DNA from: Fonticula alba ATCC 38817
Lineage: Eukaryota > Protista > Nucleariida
Strand: one strand, 5' to 3'
Assembly (NCBI GenBank): GCA_000388065.2
Contig: KB932203.1
DNA length: 64,000 bases
Shown: positions 12,895 through 25,900 of the stretch, piece by piece
Layout: the number at the start of each line of letters is the position of its first letter
How positions within the stretch are numbered: position 1 is the stretch's first letter
The notes under the pieces: generated by a model
The model's database searches: none
The model's input: the letters and a program-made list of their open reading frames with translations, nothing else
What the model was told of the DNA's origin: nothing
Made by a program: the position numbers and the translations under genes

Positions 12895-13123
12895 TCAAAC
12901 AGGGGACAAGGGATGGCCGCCATCGTAGATGGCTGGTATGGAGTACTCCTCGCCGTGGGCGACCGCCGCCAGGGGCGGCGCCGGGTGGGACGTCCGGCGC
13001 GGGCCCATTTCATAGGCCTCGGCAGCCCCCGCCGAGCGGACACCGCGGGCGGCGGCGGCCGGGCCCGGGGCCGAGGTGCGCCGGCTGCCCGGAGAAACGG
13101 CCACTCCTGCCGGGGCACCGGTC

Positions 13124-13158
<35 letters not shown>

Positions 13159-14828
13159 CATGGCCGGGTGGCCAAATGCCAAAGCTGGGCCGCCTCCTCC
13201 GGCAGGGGCGCGGTGGGCGCCAGCACCGAAGCCCGGGTTTCCGGGTGCCTGGCCGGCGAAGGCGGCCAGCTGGCGATCGGCCTCCTCGCGGGCGGCCGCC
13301 CGGTCACGCCGGCGGAGGGCCATCGCCACGGCCACCCCGACCATCATGGCCAGCGCCAGGGCGGCGGTCAGGGCCTCGAAGGCAAACCACCGCGTGGGCG
13401 AGGGGATGGCTTGGCGACCGCGGTGTTGGCGGCCCAGGCGAATGTAAATCAATCGGGCGAGGATGGCCACGCCGGCGCCGGCGCCGACCGCCAAAACCAC
13501 CGCCAGCCCGGCCGCCAGCCGGGTCCGACGAACCAGGGTCGGCCCGGTGCGATCGATGCGCGGCGGCCCGACAAGCTGGTCGGCCGCCAGCGAGCAGAAG
13601 ACCGCCAGCAGGCCGCCGCACACGACAAAGGTCAGCCCCAAAAGCAGGGGCATGGGGTTCGGCGTGGCCGGCAGCAGGCGCCACATCAGCCGGCCAAGGG
13701 CATCGCCGGCGGCCAGGCACACCAGCGCCCGCCAGCCCAGCAGGCCGTCCAGCTGGGCCAATGCCCCGCCAGCCGGATGCAAGTGGCTGATGTCCGCCAC
13801 CTTGACCCGGCCGGACCCGGCCCCCGGAGCGCGGCCTATGGCCCCGGCCCCGGCATCCGCGCCGGCTGTGGCCCCCAGGCCGAAGAGCGTAATCAGGCAG
13901 ATGGCCAGCACCAGGGCGCTGATCCACCAGGTCAGCCCTTGCGCCGGGTAGCCGCGCATGGACACCGCCGATCCCACATGCACCAGGGTGAGGCTTGCCA
14001 GGCCGGTAATGGCGGCCGCCCCGTGCCCCAGGCCGCGGATGTACATGTACCGGGCGGCCAGTGCCAGGGCAAGGGCCACCACCAGCACGAAGACCGGGCT
14101 GAAGGGTGCTGGCAGGCGCGTGACCGCCGCGACGCCCGTGGCAATGGCAAAGGCCATGGTAAAGAGGGCTCCCATCAGCTGCAGGGCGGGGGTCAAATGT
14201 GTCAGGGTCGGGGCTGTCTCCCGTGAGCGCGCGGCGAGCAAAGGCAATTGGCGGCCCCTCCTCGTCGAGAGGCCCGGAGCATGGGAGGAGTTGTTGTGCG
14301 CCATCCCCGCGGCTCCTCCTTTTTGTTCGCGCCTCTGCGCGAATACCTGTGGCTTTGCATCTTCCAGGCAGCATGGCTTTTGGTGCATAGGCACAGCATA
14401 TGGCACACGGTACGGAGGCCGGGGGGGGGGGGGGGGTGTACATCGAGCATGGCGCGCTGAGGGGAAAAGATGGCACAAGTAGGGGGACGACCATCACCGA
14501 GACTGGTGCGGTTTGATCACAGGGGGACGGGGGGGGGGGGGGGGGAGGAGAGAAACATACACAAATGCTGAAAAGGGCCAAGGCAGTGGCACGCAAGGCC
14601 CCGAGGGTCGGCGTTTCCGGCTGGCTGGCCGCCTGTTCCGGGTTCGAGGGGGTGCTGTGCTTCTGACGCTGGCGCTGCACCCACCACCGGTAGACCACCA
14701 CACTCGCGGCAAAGAGGCACACGGCCAAGATCCAAACCCCCGCGTGGATAATGCGGAACACCGCCAGCCGGTCGAGCTCGTCCTGGCTGGAACGCTCCTT
14801 CTGCCACCGGGTGGAGGTTGTCGTATCT
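12895..14828 (-). CDS. Multipass membrane protein of unknown family (5' end uncertain)
   Basis: Exon from acceptor at 14828 encodes FRIIHAGVWILAVCLFAASVVVYRWW; ORF 12895..14478 has about 7-8 further hydrophobic segments (e.g. FSPVFVLVVALALALAARY, LLLGLTFVVCGGLLAVF, FEALTAALALAMMVGVAVAMAL) and a polyGly-containing tail. Confidence 0.65.
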
Positions 14829-15323
14829 GGGGGGGGGGGGCGACGTCAGTACGATGGGTGGGAAATAAAGTGTCCCCACCCACAACAGGCGACTTCTCTT
14901 CCTTGCTCTTCCGGACTGGGCCGGGCACTCCCCCCCCCCCCCCCCCCCCCCTCCGCTGTTGCGGGTGTGTGTTTGCTGGATTGTTTGCCCGCCGCCTTGG
15001 GCCCGGTGTTCGCCGAGGCCCGGCGCCGGCCGCTCGCTGGCGGCCGGCCAGGGAGGGCGAAACGCCCGCCCAGCTGCCACAGCTGGCTGGACTCACACGC
15101 CCGCGCCCGCGCTCGTGTCTCCCCGCTCGAGCCCGCACACCGCCCGGCCGTCTCGGTCGGCGCGGCTGGAACGCTCCTTCCGGCACCCGCCAAGATGGTG
15201 CCCCACGTCCCACGGGTCCCGCGCAAGGATCGCCGCGAGCGGGGTCTTCTCTTCGGGCGCGCCTGGGACACTTTCTCTTCCTTGCTCTTCCGGCGGCGGC
15301 CCGGCACTCCCCCCCCCCCCCCC
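14759..15323. repeat. Degenerate direct duplication, 379-bp offset
   Basis: caccgcc...gctggaacgctcctt at 14759 and 15138, and ttctcttccttgctcttccgg...ggcactc(C)n at 14894 and 15273; both blocks offset by exactly 379 bp. Confidence 0.8.
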
Positions 15324-15575
15324 TATGCGCTTTACGTGTCTTCGTGTGGCTGAAGATAATTATGCATAAATGCAATGTGCCTCTCTCTCTCTCTTTCCCT
15401 GTCTATCTCTCTTGCCTATACGTCTGGCCTCCTGGCCTCCTCGGTCCAAAGGCAGCCTGGAGCCATGGGGAAAGAGTGGCACGAGGAGCAGCAGCATGCT
15501 CGCCATGCTCGACGGCCTTCGCCCCTCCTCCCTGGCATAGGGAGATCCACTGACACACACATCGACGACACGCAC

Positions 15576-17133
15576 GCAAATTCATGGCCCGGGTCCAGAC
15601 CAAATCGTCGAGCGCCCAGAAGAGCCACATCGCCGGCATGAGCATCCACACTCCGGCGCTGCCGTTCCTCAGGGCTTCGGCGGCGGGGAGGGGCGGCGGG
15701 GCCCCGCCGCCTGCCGATCCAAAAAGCTCCACCTGCAAGTCGGCCAGCGTGCGCGGCACTCCGAGGCCCCGGCCGGCCGGGTCGCCGCCCAGCCCCAGGG
15801 GCCCGGCCTCGCCCTCCGGCACAGGGTAGCCCGGCTGCGAGCGACCTGGGGATACCTGCTCAAAGTACTCCGGCGGCAGGACATTCGGGTTGTGGTCTTC
15901 GTAGAAGCCGTCGTAGCGTTGGAACCGGCCGCCCGGGGTGGTGAGGCACCTTTGCCGCTGTTCTCCGAGGGAGGGGAAGGGGTCGGGGGCTTCGCCGGGG
16001 GCGCCGCCGCTGCGGGACGACCGCCGGGGCCCGGGCCTGCCGCCTGCCCGCGAGGGGGGGACCTTTTGGTCGGGCCCCTCGCTGCCGGCATCGGATTTGG
16101 CGTCATCATAGGCGGTGGTCGGCGAAGGGCCACAGCGCGGCTGCCAGAGGTCGGGATTCGGGTTCTCATAGAAGGCCGACTGGTCGATGGCATGGTCGGA
16201 CAGGTGGTCCCCCGGAGGGGCCGCCAGGTTGAAGGTGGCGCCTCGGCCGCGTGCATCGCGCGGGTAGAGCGTCGATCCGGGCGACCGGTGTGTCCCGGGG
16301 GGCTGCCGGCCGGCCGGCTGGGCCAGGGCCAGCGACGAGGCCGACCCCTCCATCGGGTCATCTTCGGCCAGCGTGGACACCGTCGGGGGGAGGCCGCCAC
16401 CGCCCGGGCGCGGGCGGGGCACGTCCTCCGGCGAGGGGGCCAGGGCCAGCGGTGTGGGCGACCCGCCGGCGGGGCGCGGGGCACTCAGTGCCCCGCCATC
16501 GTCGGCACTGCTGCCACGCTCGAAAAAGGGATTGCCCAGTTGGCGCATCTCGCGCGAGGTATACTGGTTGAAGGTGTCGGAATCGTCGACTGCCAGGGGA
16601 GGACCAGGCAGTCCCCGTGACGTCGAGCCGCCTCGACTGGCGCGTGCCTTGCCATTGAGGGTGCGCGGCGGCGGGGACAGGGCCACCTCGTGGGCCATGC
16701 TCTGGACAGCATCGCTGAGGGCTTGGAAGCGCCCGGCGGATTCCGGCCGGCCGGCCATGCTGGGCACGATGGCGGTCGATGAGACAGCTGCGTCGACTTC
16801 CCAGTCCGACCGATGGAAGAGGGACTCCTGGTGCAAGGCCTGCTGCAGTGCGAGCTGGGCGTTGAGATCGGCCCGGGCCGAGTGCGCGAGCTGTCTCCCC
16901 GGGAGCTGTCTGCCCTGTGCCAGCGAGGGCGCTTGCGAGGCCTCTTGCCACAGCTGGGGCGGGTAGTCCAGAGGCGAGGTGAGGCTGATGGTCGGCCGGC
17001 TGGTGGACCGAATGAAGGCCAGGTCCCGGGAGGACAGGTCAATGGTCAAGTGGCTAGCCTCGGTGCCCGGAGCTACGGGGCCCGGGTGGTCGTCGGTGTC
17101 CCGGGCAGGCCCGAGTGGCGGCTGGAAGGACAT
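15576..17133 (-). CDS. Pro/Gly/Ser-rich hypothetical protein exon; may be the N-terminal part of the membrane-protein gene to its left
   Basis: ORF 15403..17133 (MSFQPPLGP...) with a GTGCGT donor at 15575 after the hydrophobic stretch GVWMLMPAMWLFWAL. No family recognised. Confidence 0.6.
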
Positions 17134-18501
17134 GAACGCCCCAGCCAGGGGNNNNNNNNNNNNNNNNNNNNNNNNNNNNNNNNNNNNNNNNNNNNNNNNN
17201 NNNNNNNNNNNNNNNNNNNNNNNNNNNNNNNNNNNNNNNNNNNNNNNNNNNAAGAGAGGAGATGTCGGGGGTAGCAGCGGGTGGCGAAAGGCAAAGTGCG
17301 CAGGGGGGTGGTGTCACTTGGGGGAGGAGAGCGATGGAGCTGCTGTTCCTAAGGGGCCGGGGGGAACAGGGGCACCCCTTGGCAGCGGGTCAGCTCTTGG
17401 TTTTCCTGGCAAGCGTCGCCCCCCCCCCCCCTCCCCCCCCCCCGCCCCCCATGTCGCGCTGACCCTCCGCCGTCTCGCGTGCATTCTCCTGATGCCATCG
17501 CTCATGCGGCGCGATTGGGCACCCGCGGGGGGCGGGGGGCGGGGGGCGGTGGTGGATGCAGGAGGCGGGCGAAAGGGCAAGGGGGCAGGAAAATGGGAGC
17601 CGGCCATCGGGGGAAAGGGCTATCCCGACTTGGTGGCCGGGATCCGGCAGGCAAGCAGCCCGAGGGGGCGGGCGTCCACACCTACACCGACCCGGGCGGC
17701 ACGGGAGCCCCCGGTGTGCCCACATGGGTGATGGGGACCGTGAAGCGGGCTGCCCGTGAGCATGCTCGCCTTGGATTCGGGCCGCCCGGCCCCTGGAGCC
17801 AGTCCGAGCACCGAGGTTCGAGCTATCTGGGCCCCCGCTGCGCCAGGAGCGAGGCCCCCCAGCCCATGAAGGGGACCCCCCTTTCATGTGGGGGGGAAGG
17901 GAGGCGGGAGAACAAGCTCCCACACTGCCCCCGCCCCCCCCTCCCCCCATCGGCCTGCAGCGTTAGCTGGTGGGGCGCATCGGGCAGCAGCCCTGCCGAG
18001 GCACCATGCACATGGGACCGGGGAAAATAATAAAAATATATCAATATAAATTTGTTTTCCTCTCCTCTCCTCCCCTGTCCCCTCCCCCCGGGCAATCTGC
18101 CCCGGAGACCTGTGGGGACCGCAAGACCAGTTGGCATCTGATCCCGAGCCCCGGTTCCCTCTCCCTCCCTCTCGCTCGCTCTCTCTCTTTCTCTCTCTCT
18201 CTCTCAGCCGCGGGCCCGCCATCCGGCTTTGATGTGTGACACCTTTGCCCGGGCTGGGGCGTCCGGCTGTGCACGGGGGACGGACTGCCAGGCCATGCTA
18301 TCGCGGCTCCCCATCCACGGCAGAATCCCCCACGGCAGCGCCCCGCCCGAAGGGTGTGAGGCCTCCCGCGGCCCCCCTCCGACACAGGCGGAAATCCCCC
18401 CAATGTGAAAGGGCACATGGACCCCGGGGGGCGGTGGCCGGGGAGGGAAGGCTCGAAAGACCCCAGGGCCCATCACCAGGAACGCGATAAGGCCGAGCGC
18501 A

Positions 18502-18536
<35 letters not shown>

Positions 18537-20015
18537 CGGGGGCGGGGCGGGAACACAGTCCTCGGCAGTGCGGCGCATGTGAGATTGTGGGCTACCTCTG
18601 TCGTGTCACGGCGCGCCGCCATGCCATGGATCACGCCTACGCGATCCGTTGGTGGTCGGCGGTGGGGGAAACATATTGGGCAGGTGATCAGTGACCCGCC
18701 CCGCACGGCGTCTTCGGTGGGACGGATCGAGCCTGCACGGGGGTGGCTTGGTGCTTGTCTCCCCCCCCCCCCCCCGGCAAGGGCTGACGGAAGGCGCCGC
18801 TGGTGGAATCACTGAGGTCAGCTTTCGATTGTGGGCTGCGATGTGTCGGTTCCCAGCCCATTGCCGTGTGTAAAATACCCCGGGCGACGTTGACCGACAC
18901 CCGGGCCGGAACCCCGGGCTGGTCAAATCACCCGATCTGAGGTAGAGAGTGTCAGAATATTCATGCATTACGCTGTTGCCTCGGGGAATGCCGTTACGTT
19001 AATAACATTAATCCATTCTTGAGAGCGCTTGGTGGGTATCTCATCTTAACTGGGGCGATGCATGTGTAACCGAATGCAAGATACTTTTTCCATTGGCCCC
19101 GGGTATCGGCCGGGCCTATGTCACTCGGTGGCCGGTGGCTGTGGGTTGGATGCAAGCGTGAGGGGCGCCAGCAGGGCGAGGTCGAGCGAAGCTTGTGGGT
19201 GAGGGAGGGAGGCTGTGTGCCGAGGGGGGCTGTCTTGTGCCAAGGTGCGATCCTGGGTGCGGGCCGGCTGCCATTGGTGTGGGGCGAGGCTGGCAAATGG
19301 CACAAGCCGCCGAGAGGGGGGGCGAGGGTAGGAGGACCGGTCTCGCAAGCCTCTCCGGGCCCTTTGCTCGGCTTGGGCTCCCTCTGTTTCTCCCCCGCGC
19401 CCTTTCCCCGCCGGGTGCTCGCGAATGGCGCGCCGGTGCTCCTCCAGTACAGAGGGCTGGTGCTGTTCTAAATCGAGATGGGTGATGGTCGGCTCGGAGG
19501 TGGCCATGCTCCGCCGGCCGAGTGCGCGTGCCTTCCGGCCGCGACAAGATGGTCCAGACATGTGAGGGCGCTCCACCGGGTGGTCTGGCCGCCGAGGCGC
19601 CTCCCCTGACTCAGGAGCAAAGCCAGACCGGGTGAGCGACGGGCCGGTGCCGGAACGCTTCGCTCCCTGCGGCGATGGTAGTCGTGCGACATGGGGGGGG
19701 GGGGGGGGGGGCTTGCCTGCGGTCGCCTCCTGGCGCACCTGGGAGAATGCCACTGCCCCCCGGAGGCCACACGCGTCTCCGGGAAGGCGAGCGAGGGCGG
19801 GGAGGGCAGGGGGGGGCGGAGGCGGCCCGGGCGGGGCCACGAGGCCGCGAGGCCGCGAGCCTGAGGCAGGCGCGCGCCTGGAGGAGGGGGGCAAGGCCGC
19901 AAGGGGGGCTAGGCAGCGGCGCGGGGTCACGGGGCGGGCCCATCGGAGGCGAGGGGGCCGGCGGGGAGCTTGCGGCAGATGGACGTGCTCAGGAGCCGAG
20001 GCGGAGGATCTGGAG

Positions 20016-20022
20016 TATATAA
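20016..20022 (+). promoter_or_regulatory. Candidate TATA box (TATATAA) upstream of the Cys-rich surface protein gene
   Basis: TATATAAGG in very GC-rich surroundings, ~410 bp before the ATG; the intervening CA-repeat region looks like a 5'UTR intron. Confidence 0.4.
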
Positions 20023-20428
20023 GGCGCCCTGAAGCGGTCCTCATTCCATCAGAAGGCCAGTCATCTAGCTGCCTGCCGATCACGGAACAAGGCGACGCTC
20101 AACCCCCCATCCAACACCCATCCAGTGCGTTCAGCCAACAGCTGTGCCCCTTGTTCGTGTGCATGCCGTGTCATCCGCCACCCTGCCCATGATACGCTCT
20201 GTCCCTCATGGCAAGGGGGGGGGGGGTACCCACACGGGCACCCACACGGGCACCCCCACCCACACATGCCCAAAGTCACCCGCCCACACACGCACACACA
20301 CACACAAAGATGCACACGTGCATACACAAACGCATGTGGGAAGTGCCGCACTCCCGGATGTACTGACGCCCGGCCGCGCGGCCTGCTGTGCCCTGGTCGA
20401 TCGATTGATCAATCGACCTACCCAGCCC

Positions 20429-22733
20429 ATGACTCCCTTGAGGAACACCGCTCGCATGGCGGTCCTGGCCACCGGCGCCCTCTCGCTGCTGGCCCGGTCG
20501 GCCCTCGGCACGCTGGCCATCGAGGAGATGGTCGGTCGCTTGCGCAAGTTCGACGAGGGCACCAACGGCGATGACCGCCGGGGCATGGTCCCCGAGCGCT
20601 TCTGGTCCCGCGACCAGGGCGACCACGAGGTGTGCCAGCCGCACATGGCCAGCTACAGCGCCTTCGTTGAGGAGCCATGCGGCGGGAAGGTTTCCTGCGC
20701 CAAGGGCCTGTGCGTGGGTGCTCTTTTGCTTCCGTGAATGTGCTCTTATGTGTGACTGTGTGACTGGGTGTGTGTGTGTGTGTCCCCGTGCGGGCGGGTG
20801 GTGGTCTGAGCGGGTGCTGGGGACGAAGATGGGATCCACGATGCCCCAGGACCAGGGGGGGGGGGGCGTGCAAGGCTGCATGCGGGCCCCTGCTGCGCGC
20901 TGCCCTTTGGGTCCATCCGAAGAGGGGCCATTTTCCCCCTGCCACACGGCCACAGGGTAGCTTGGCTAACAGGCATCCTCCTGCATTGTCGCCGGGCGCC
21001 TTGCTGATCTCCGGCGGCCGATGGCCCCGTCCAACGGAAACCCTCCTCGGGGATCGCCCGACCCGATAGACAATGCCTGCCAATTGGCGATAGCGGCACC
21101 AGCGAGTGTGTCCCCTCGCTGAAGGGCTCCCAGTGCATTTCCAACTACGAGTGCCCCATTTGGTACTCCTGCTACCTGGGCCGGTGCACGCTGACCGGCG
21201 GTGCTGGTACGTGTGCCGCGAGGCATGCCAGCCCCGGCTCATGACACGTTGCCCGGCCAAAACTTGCCCTCGCCAGAGCACGGCGTGCTGACAAACAGCC
21301 CGATCGCCGCTTCGCCCTCCCCCCTCCCGGCCTCGGCTCTTTGATTGGCGGCCATTGCCTTCCCCCCCGCCCCCCCGCCCCCCCGCCCCCGTGCCACCAG
21401 GCCAGGCCTGTGACCAGGTGCTGGTCGAAAATGAGGCGGTGTCCTCATGCGGCGTCGGGCTCAAGTGTGTCGACGGGGTGTGCACCGGGTCGCGCTTTGG
21501 CGACTTCGCCACCGACAGTGCACAGTACGTGTGGCCTCTTTTCTTGTCTCTCCTCCCCTTTGCCCCCGCCCCCCCCCCCCCCCCGGGGGGAACGAGGAGC
21601 CCGCGCCTTTGTCTCGGGCACCTGCCCCCCACGAGGCGGAGAGAGAGCCGGCCCGCATGCGCCAGCCCGCGCAGGGCGGCCCAGCGGCGTCGAGGGCGAA
21701 AACTGCCTGGAGCGCTGGGCACCACCAAAAGGCCCCCTTTATGAGGCCCCGACCCGGGGCACGGCCCGCCCCCCCCCCCCCCCCGGGGGCGCATTCGGTC
21801 GGCTGGCGCCTTCCTCGGGTGTAATGGAGCTGGTCGCCAGGACGGCGCCTTGTGCCCAGGGCGAAGGCCGGCACCGGAGCTTCCTCTGATGGTGACTCAC
21901 ATCGCGCACGGATCCCTGCCTCGTCCCCCCTGCCCCCCGCCCCGCCTGCGCCCCTGCGCCCCTGTGCCGCCGCGTGCCGCGGCCCTGCCTCCATTGTGTG
22001 TCCCATCGAGCACAGCTGCTCCAGTGGCATGCTTAATGACCACGTCTGCGGAGCCCGGGCCAATGGCGAGGAGTGCGAGCTGTCGGCCGAGTGCCAGCCC
22101 AGCTCGGAGTGCGTTAGCGGCGTTTGCACCTCGAAGGGCACCTCGGAGGCCGAGGCCCCGGAGGGTCGCCGGTGCCTGACCCCGGGCGACTGTGTCTTCG
22201 GGCACTACTGCATCTCGCCGAACGGCTTCGCCGAGGACATGAACTCCTACTGCATCCCGGCCCGGAGCCTGGCCAATGGCCAGTGGTGCAACTACACCAA
22301 TGGCGTGTGCGCCTCCGGCGTGTGCGATGAGCAGGGCCTGTGCCGGCGCCCGCGGCAGAAGTGCGACGCCGAGTCCGGCTGTGACGAGGGGTTCATCTGC
22401 GCCTGCCCCAAGGATGCCAACGCCTCGGACACCGATGGCCTGTGCATTCGCGACCCCTGCCATCGGATTCTCCTCGTGCGTGCCCCCATGGGGCTGGGGC
22501 CTTCCCACATGGACCCACGGCCAGGGCAGCTTAGTCGAGGGGGAGAAGGGGACGGCCCTGGAGCGGGGGAGGGCCAGAGAGCGAAAGAGGGAAGGAGGTG
22601 ATGTCACCGAGGTGCAGGGGGAGAGGGGGGGGGCGGTGAGGAGAGGCGCACTTCAGAGGCTCGCCTGGCCGCGGCGGGGGGCAGCAGGAAAGGCGCTCAC
22701 CCCGCGCAGGGACAGGGAAACCGCAGCGAGAGC

Positions 22734-22769
<36 letters not shown>

Positions 22770-23654
22770 ACACCAGGGCAGAGGGTGGCACAGGACACTT
22801 TGACTGACACTCCATCGGGGGGGCGGGGGCCCGGTGGCGGTGGCGTCGGGAACAAAAATCATCCGGACCTGCCCCGTGTCGTGTGAACGGCCCCTTTGCA
22901 GGCCCTTCACCACTGCTCGATCAAGCACTGCCAGTACAGTGTTCTCGACAGCGGGATCCCGAACTACGCCGGCGCCTGTGTGTCGGTCTCCTGCCCGGAT
23001 CTGTATGACCGCTTCGAGTATTGCCGGGCCTCGCGCCAGACCCTGGCCCCGGTGATGCCGAACCCCGACGAAAGCACCCCCTGCGAGGAGGGCACCGTCG
23101 ATGATAATGGGGACCTCTGCAGCCAGGGCGCCGCCGACGAGGCGGATGACGAGCAGCCGGACGGGGGCGAGGACCACGACGACATGGGCGAGGAGGGCGC
23201 CACCTCCAACACCACCGACGACCAGGACCAAGACCAGCAGCAGGGCGAGGAGGCGGACCAGGAGCAGCCGACCCTGGAGCCGGGCGTGCCGGAGGACGAC
23301 GAGTCCGACTACCCTGAGGGCAGTGCCACGGGCGAGCATCCGACCGCCATCTTGCCGGTGGACCCGACCCCGGCCGTTGACCCGCTGGTCGACGAGCTGG
23401 CCACCGGCAGCGGCGCCGACAAGTCCGACGGACAGGATGGCGACAGTGGCGCCGATGATGTTGACGGCGAGGAGGAGGAGGAGGACCACGCGGCCGGCAC
23501 CCCGTCCGGCAGCCACTCGGATGGGGCCCCTGGCCAGCCGCCGAAGAAGAACAGCGCCGCCCCGGCCGGGCCTCTCGAGGGCGTGGCCACCCTCATGACC
23601 GCCAGCATGGGTCTGGCCTTCATCCTGGCCATCGAGGCCATGTCTCGCTGGTAA
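20429..23654 (+). CDS. Secreted cysteine-rich cell-surface protein with acidic stalk and probable GPI anchor (584 aa, 5 exons)
   Basis: Exons 20429-20709, 21070-21206, 21401-21524, 22016-22475, 22902-23654 are phase-consistent (1755 nt). Signal-peptide-like N-terminus (MAVLATGALSLLARSALG); ~40 Cys in C-x5-C-x5-C-x4-C type modules; D/E-rich stalk; C-terminus KKNSAA...LMTASMGLAFILAIEAMSRW. Confidence 0.85.
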
Positions 23655-23671
23655 AGAGAGACGGGCCACAT

Positions 23672-23704
<33 letters not shown>

Positions 23705-24389
23705 NNNNNNNNNNNNNNNNNNNNNNNNNNNNNNNNNNNNNNNNNNNNNNNNNNNNNNNNNNNNCCGGATCGCGGCGCCCACCCCGCCACCCGTTGGCCG
23801 TCCACCGGGAGAAGGCGGGGACACATGGGGCGCGTACTTCTGGAGGCTTTTGCTTGAGTCATCTGTTTGCCGGTGCCCGCCTCATATGCGGCACATTGTG
23901 ACAGTGGGCATGCCGTGTCGAGGACAACCCCGGCATGCGGACGAAAGCGCAGGAAGGGCGGGGGGTGCGAGATCCCGCCGGTTTCCGAACTCCACCTGTC
24001 CATTTCCGGCCCCCCTTCCTGCCTGCTCGCCCGGCCTCCGCCCTGGCCCTGGCTGCCTGGCGCTCGCCCTCGTGCGCCTCCCTTAGATGGTGACGAATGT
24101 GCCCATATGCGTGCTGCTGTGTCGCCACATTGCCCTGTATCATATAACAATAAATACACAAGACCCTTTTGTCCATGCGCCTGGCTGTGTGTGTGTGTGT
24201 GTGTGTGTGCTTGTGCGTGCGTGTGATGGGTCCTGCTTGCAAGGGAGGGGAGGGCCATGAGAAAGGCACCGGAGATGGGAGACAGCCAGCCAAGTGTCCA
24301 TTTGCCGAAGGGCCCCGGGAGGGGGAGAGGATGAAAAAAAAAAAAAAGCACGAGGTACTGGGGGCTTTTTTTCGCCCCCCTCACCTTCA

Positions 24390-25900
24390 GAAAGGCACCA
24401 GTGAGGCTGGTATCCGCCCAGTACTGGGGCATGACACCAGACAGGGGGTCGCCCTCCGAGTCGACGGGGGCCCGGGGGGGTCCTCGCCAACAGGCGCCAG
24501 GCTCAGGATGGACACATGTTGCGAGGAGGCCAGCAGGGCAGTGAGTTGGGCCATCTCAACACCGGTCCTGGCGTCGTCGCCGGGAGCGGTGGAGCTGCAC
24601 GGAGAAAGCCGGAGGCTGTGAATCAAGGTCTCGCGTGCACTGGGAGAATCGAGCGCAATCCGGATGGCCAGGATGTGCGGGCACTAGGAGGGGAGGATGG
24701 CCCGAGGGAAGACGGCCGAAAGAGGGTCAGCATGGGCCAGGAAGGCGTCGGCGGATGAGAGGAGCATTCGGCGTACGGTAGGGATGGTGCCTTGTTGGAC
24801 TGGGCCCGGAGGGGGGGGGGAGGGGGGGAGAAAGCAGAGGTCAGCAAACTCACGGGTGAGAGCGCAGCTGAAGGATGGGAAGGGAGCGACGACAAGGCAT
24901 TCGCACCGCCTGCGCGGAAGTGGGTGCATCCGCAGAAGGGAACCGGCGAGTCGACGATACACAGGCGGTATGGCTGGGAAAAGTACACCTGGCATCCGGC
25001 CGAGCCGGAGGCGGACATCGAGGTCGGGGTCAAGACCCCAACTTGCCGAACAAAGTAGACGATCGGGCTACCGGGGCCGCTGGTCAGCCGAAGGATCGGC
25101 GGAAGCCGGCATGCATGGGTCAGCCGGGCAAAGGCGTTTGCGGCCCCCGTCGCGGCGGGAAGGAGTCCTGTCAAGTGGCAGGGGTCCAGGAAGTCCAGAT
25201 GCTCCAGGGCCAGGCGGACAAGGTCGCGACCAGCCAGCGAAGCTGGCAAGCCCCGGCTCCCGCCCGGCGAGGCGGATCCCTGAGTCGAAAGCGACCCATC
25301 GGGCCCGGAGCCCGGATCGCCGAGCCCGAAGGCGGCCTGGGAGGACGATTGCGAGAGGCCGGATGGCTGCGACGTATCGAAGGACATGGCGGCATCTTGT
25401 GCGGCCGGATCCCCGGCGCACATGGGAACCAACATATGCGAGAGGCTGGGAAGCGGGACCATTCTCAGCGAGGGAAGATGTCGAGAGGAGGCGAGAGGGA
25501 GGGCGGCAGAAGGGAGGGGGGGGGGGAAGGAAAGACATACGCAACAAGTCGTGCTGTGTCGGTGACTGTGTGTGAACATGCGCATGGACAGGGAGGAGGT
25601 GGCGCGGCAGGGAGCGGTCAGATGGGCGATGCGGATGGCAACGGCAAACCCGGCATGCCCCCCAGGGGGCTGGCTGGCCGACGAGCTCGCATACCGAGAT
25701 CCGGGAAGGGGGGCTCGGTCGGGGGTCCAGAGCCACCGGCATCCGGGGGCCGGGCTCGGCTTGAGACAACCGAATGGTGGAAGAGGCTATTCGTCGAGCA
25801 AGAGACCGGCCATGGGGGAGGGGGCGGCAGAGGGAAGGACCGAAGGGGAGAGGCAAGGGGGGGGGGGGGGGGGGGGGGGGTCGGAGGGAGCAGAGAATAA
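24390..25900 (-). CDS. Hypothetical multi-exon gene, boundaries uncertain
   Basis: GTGAGT donor at 24853, acceptor at 24800, and a CTGAC+TAG acceptor near 25067; coding-like frames such as PDRLLCSASWGLDPDLDVRLRLGRMPGVLFP. Not identified. Confidence 0.4.

Noticed and set aside
18600-19120. Locally AT-richer segment considered as a possible ncRNA
   Set aside because: No tRNA, snRNA, snoRNA or rRNA motif recognisable by eye; would need an Infernal/Rfam scan.
19400-19560. Short minus-strand frame MATSEPTITHLDLEQHQPSVLEEHRRAIREHP
   Set aside because: Coding-like but no supportable exon chain or homology.
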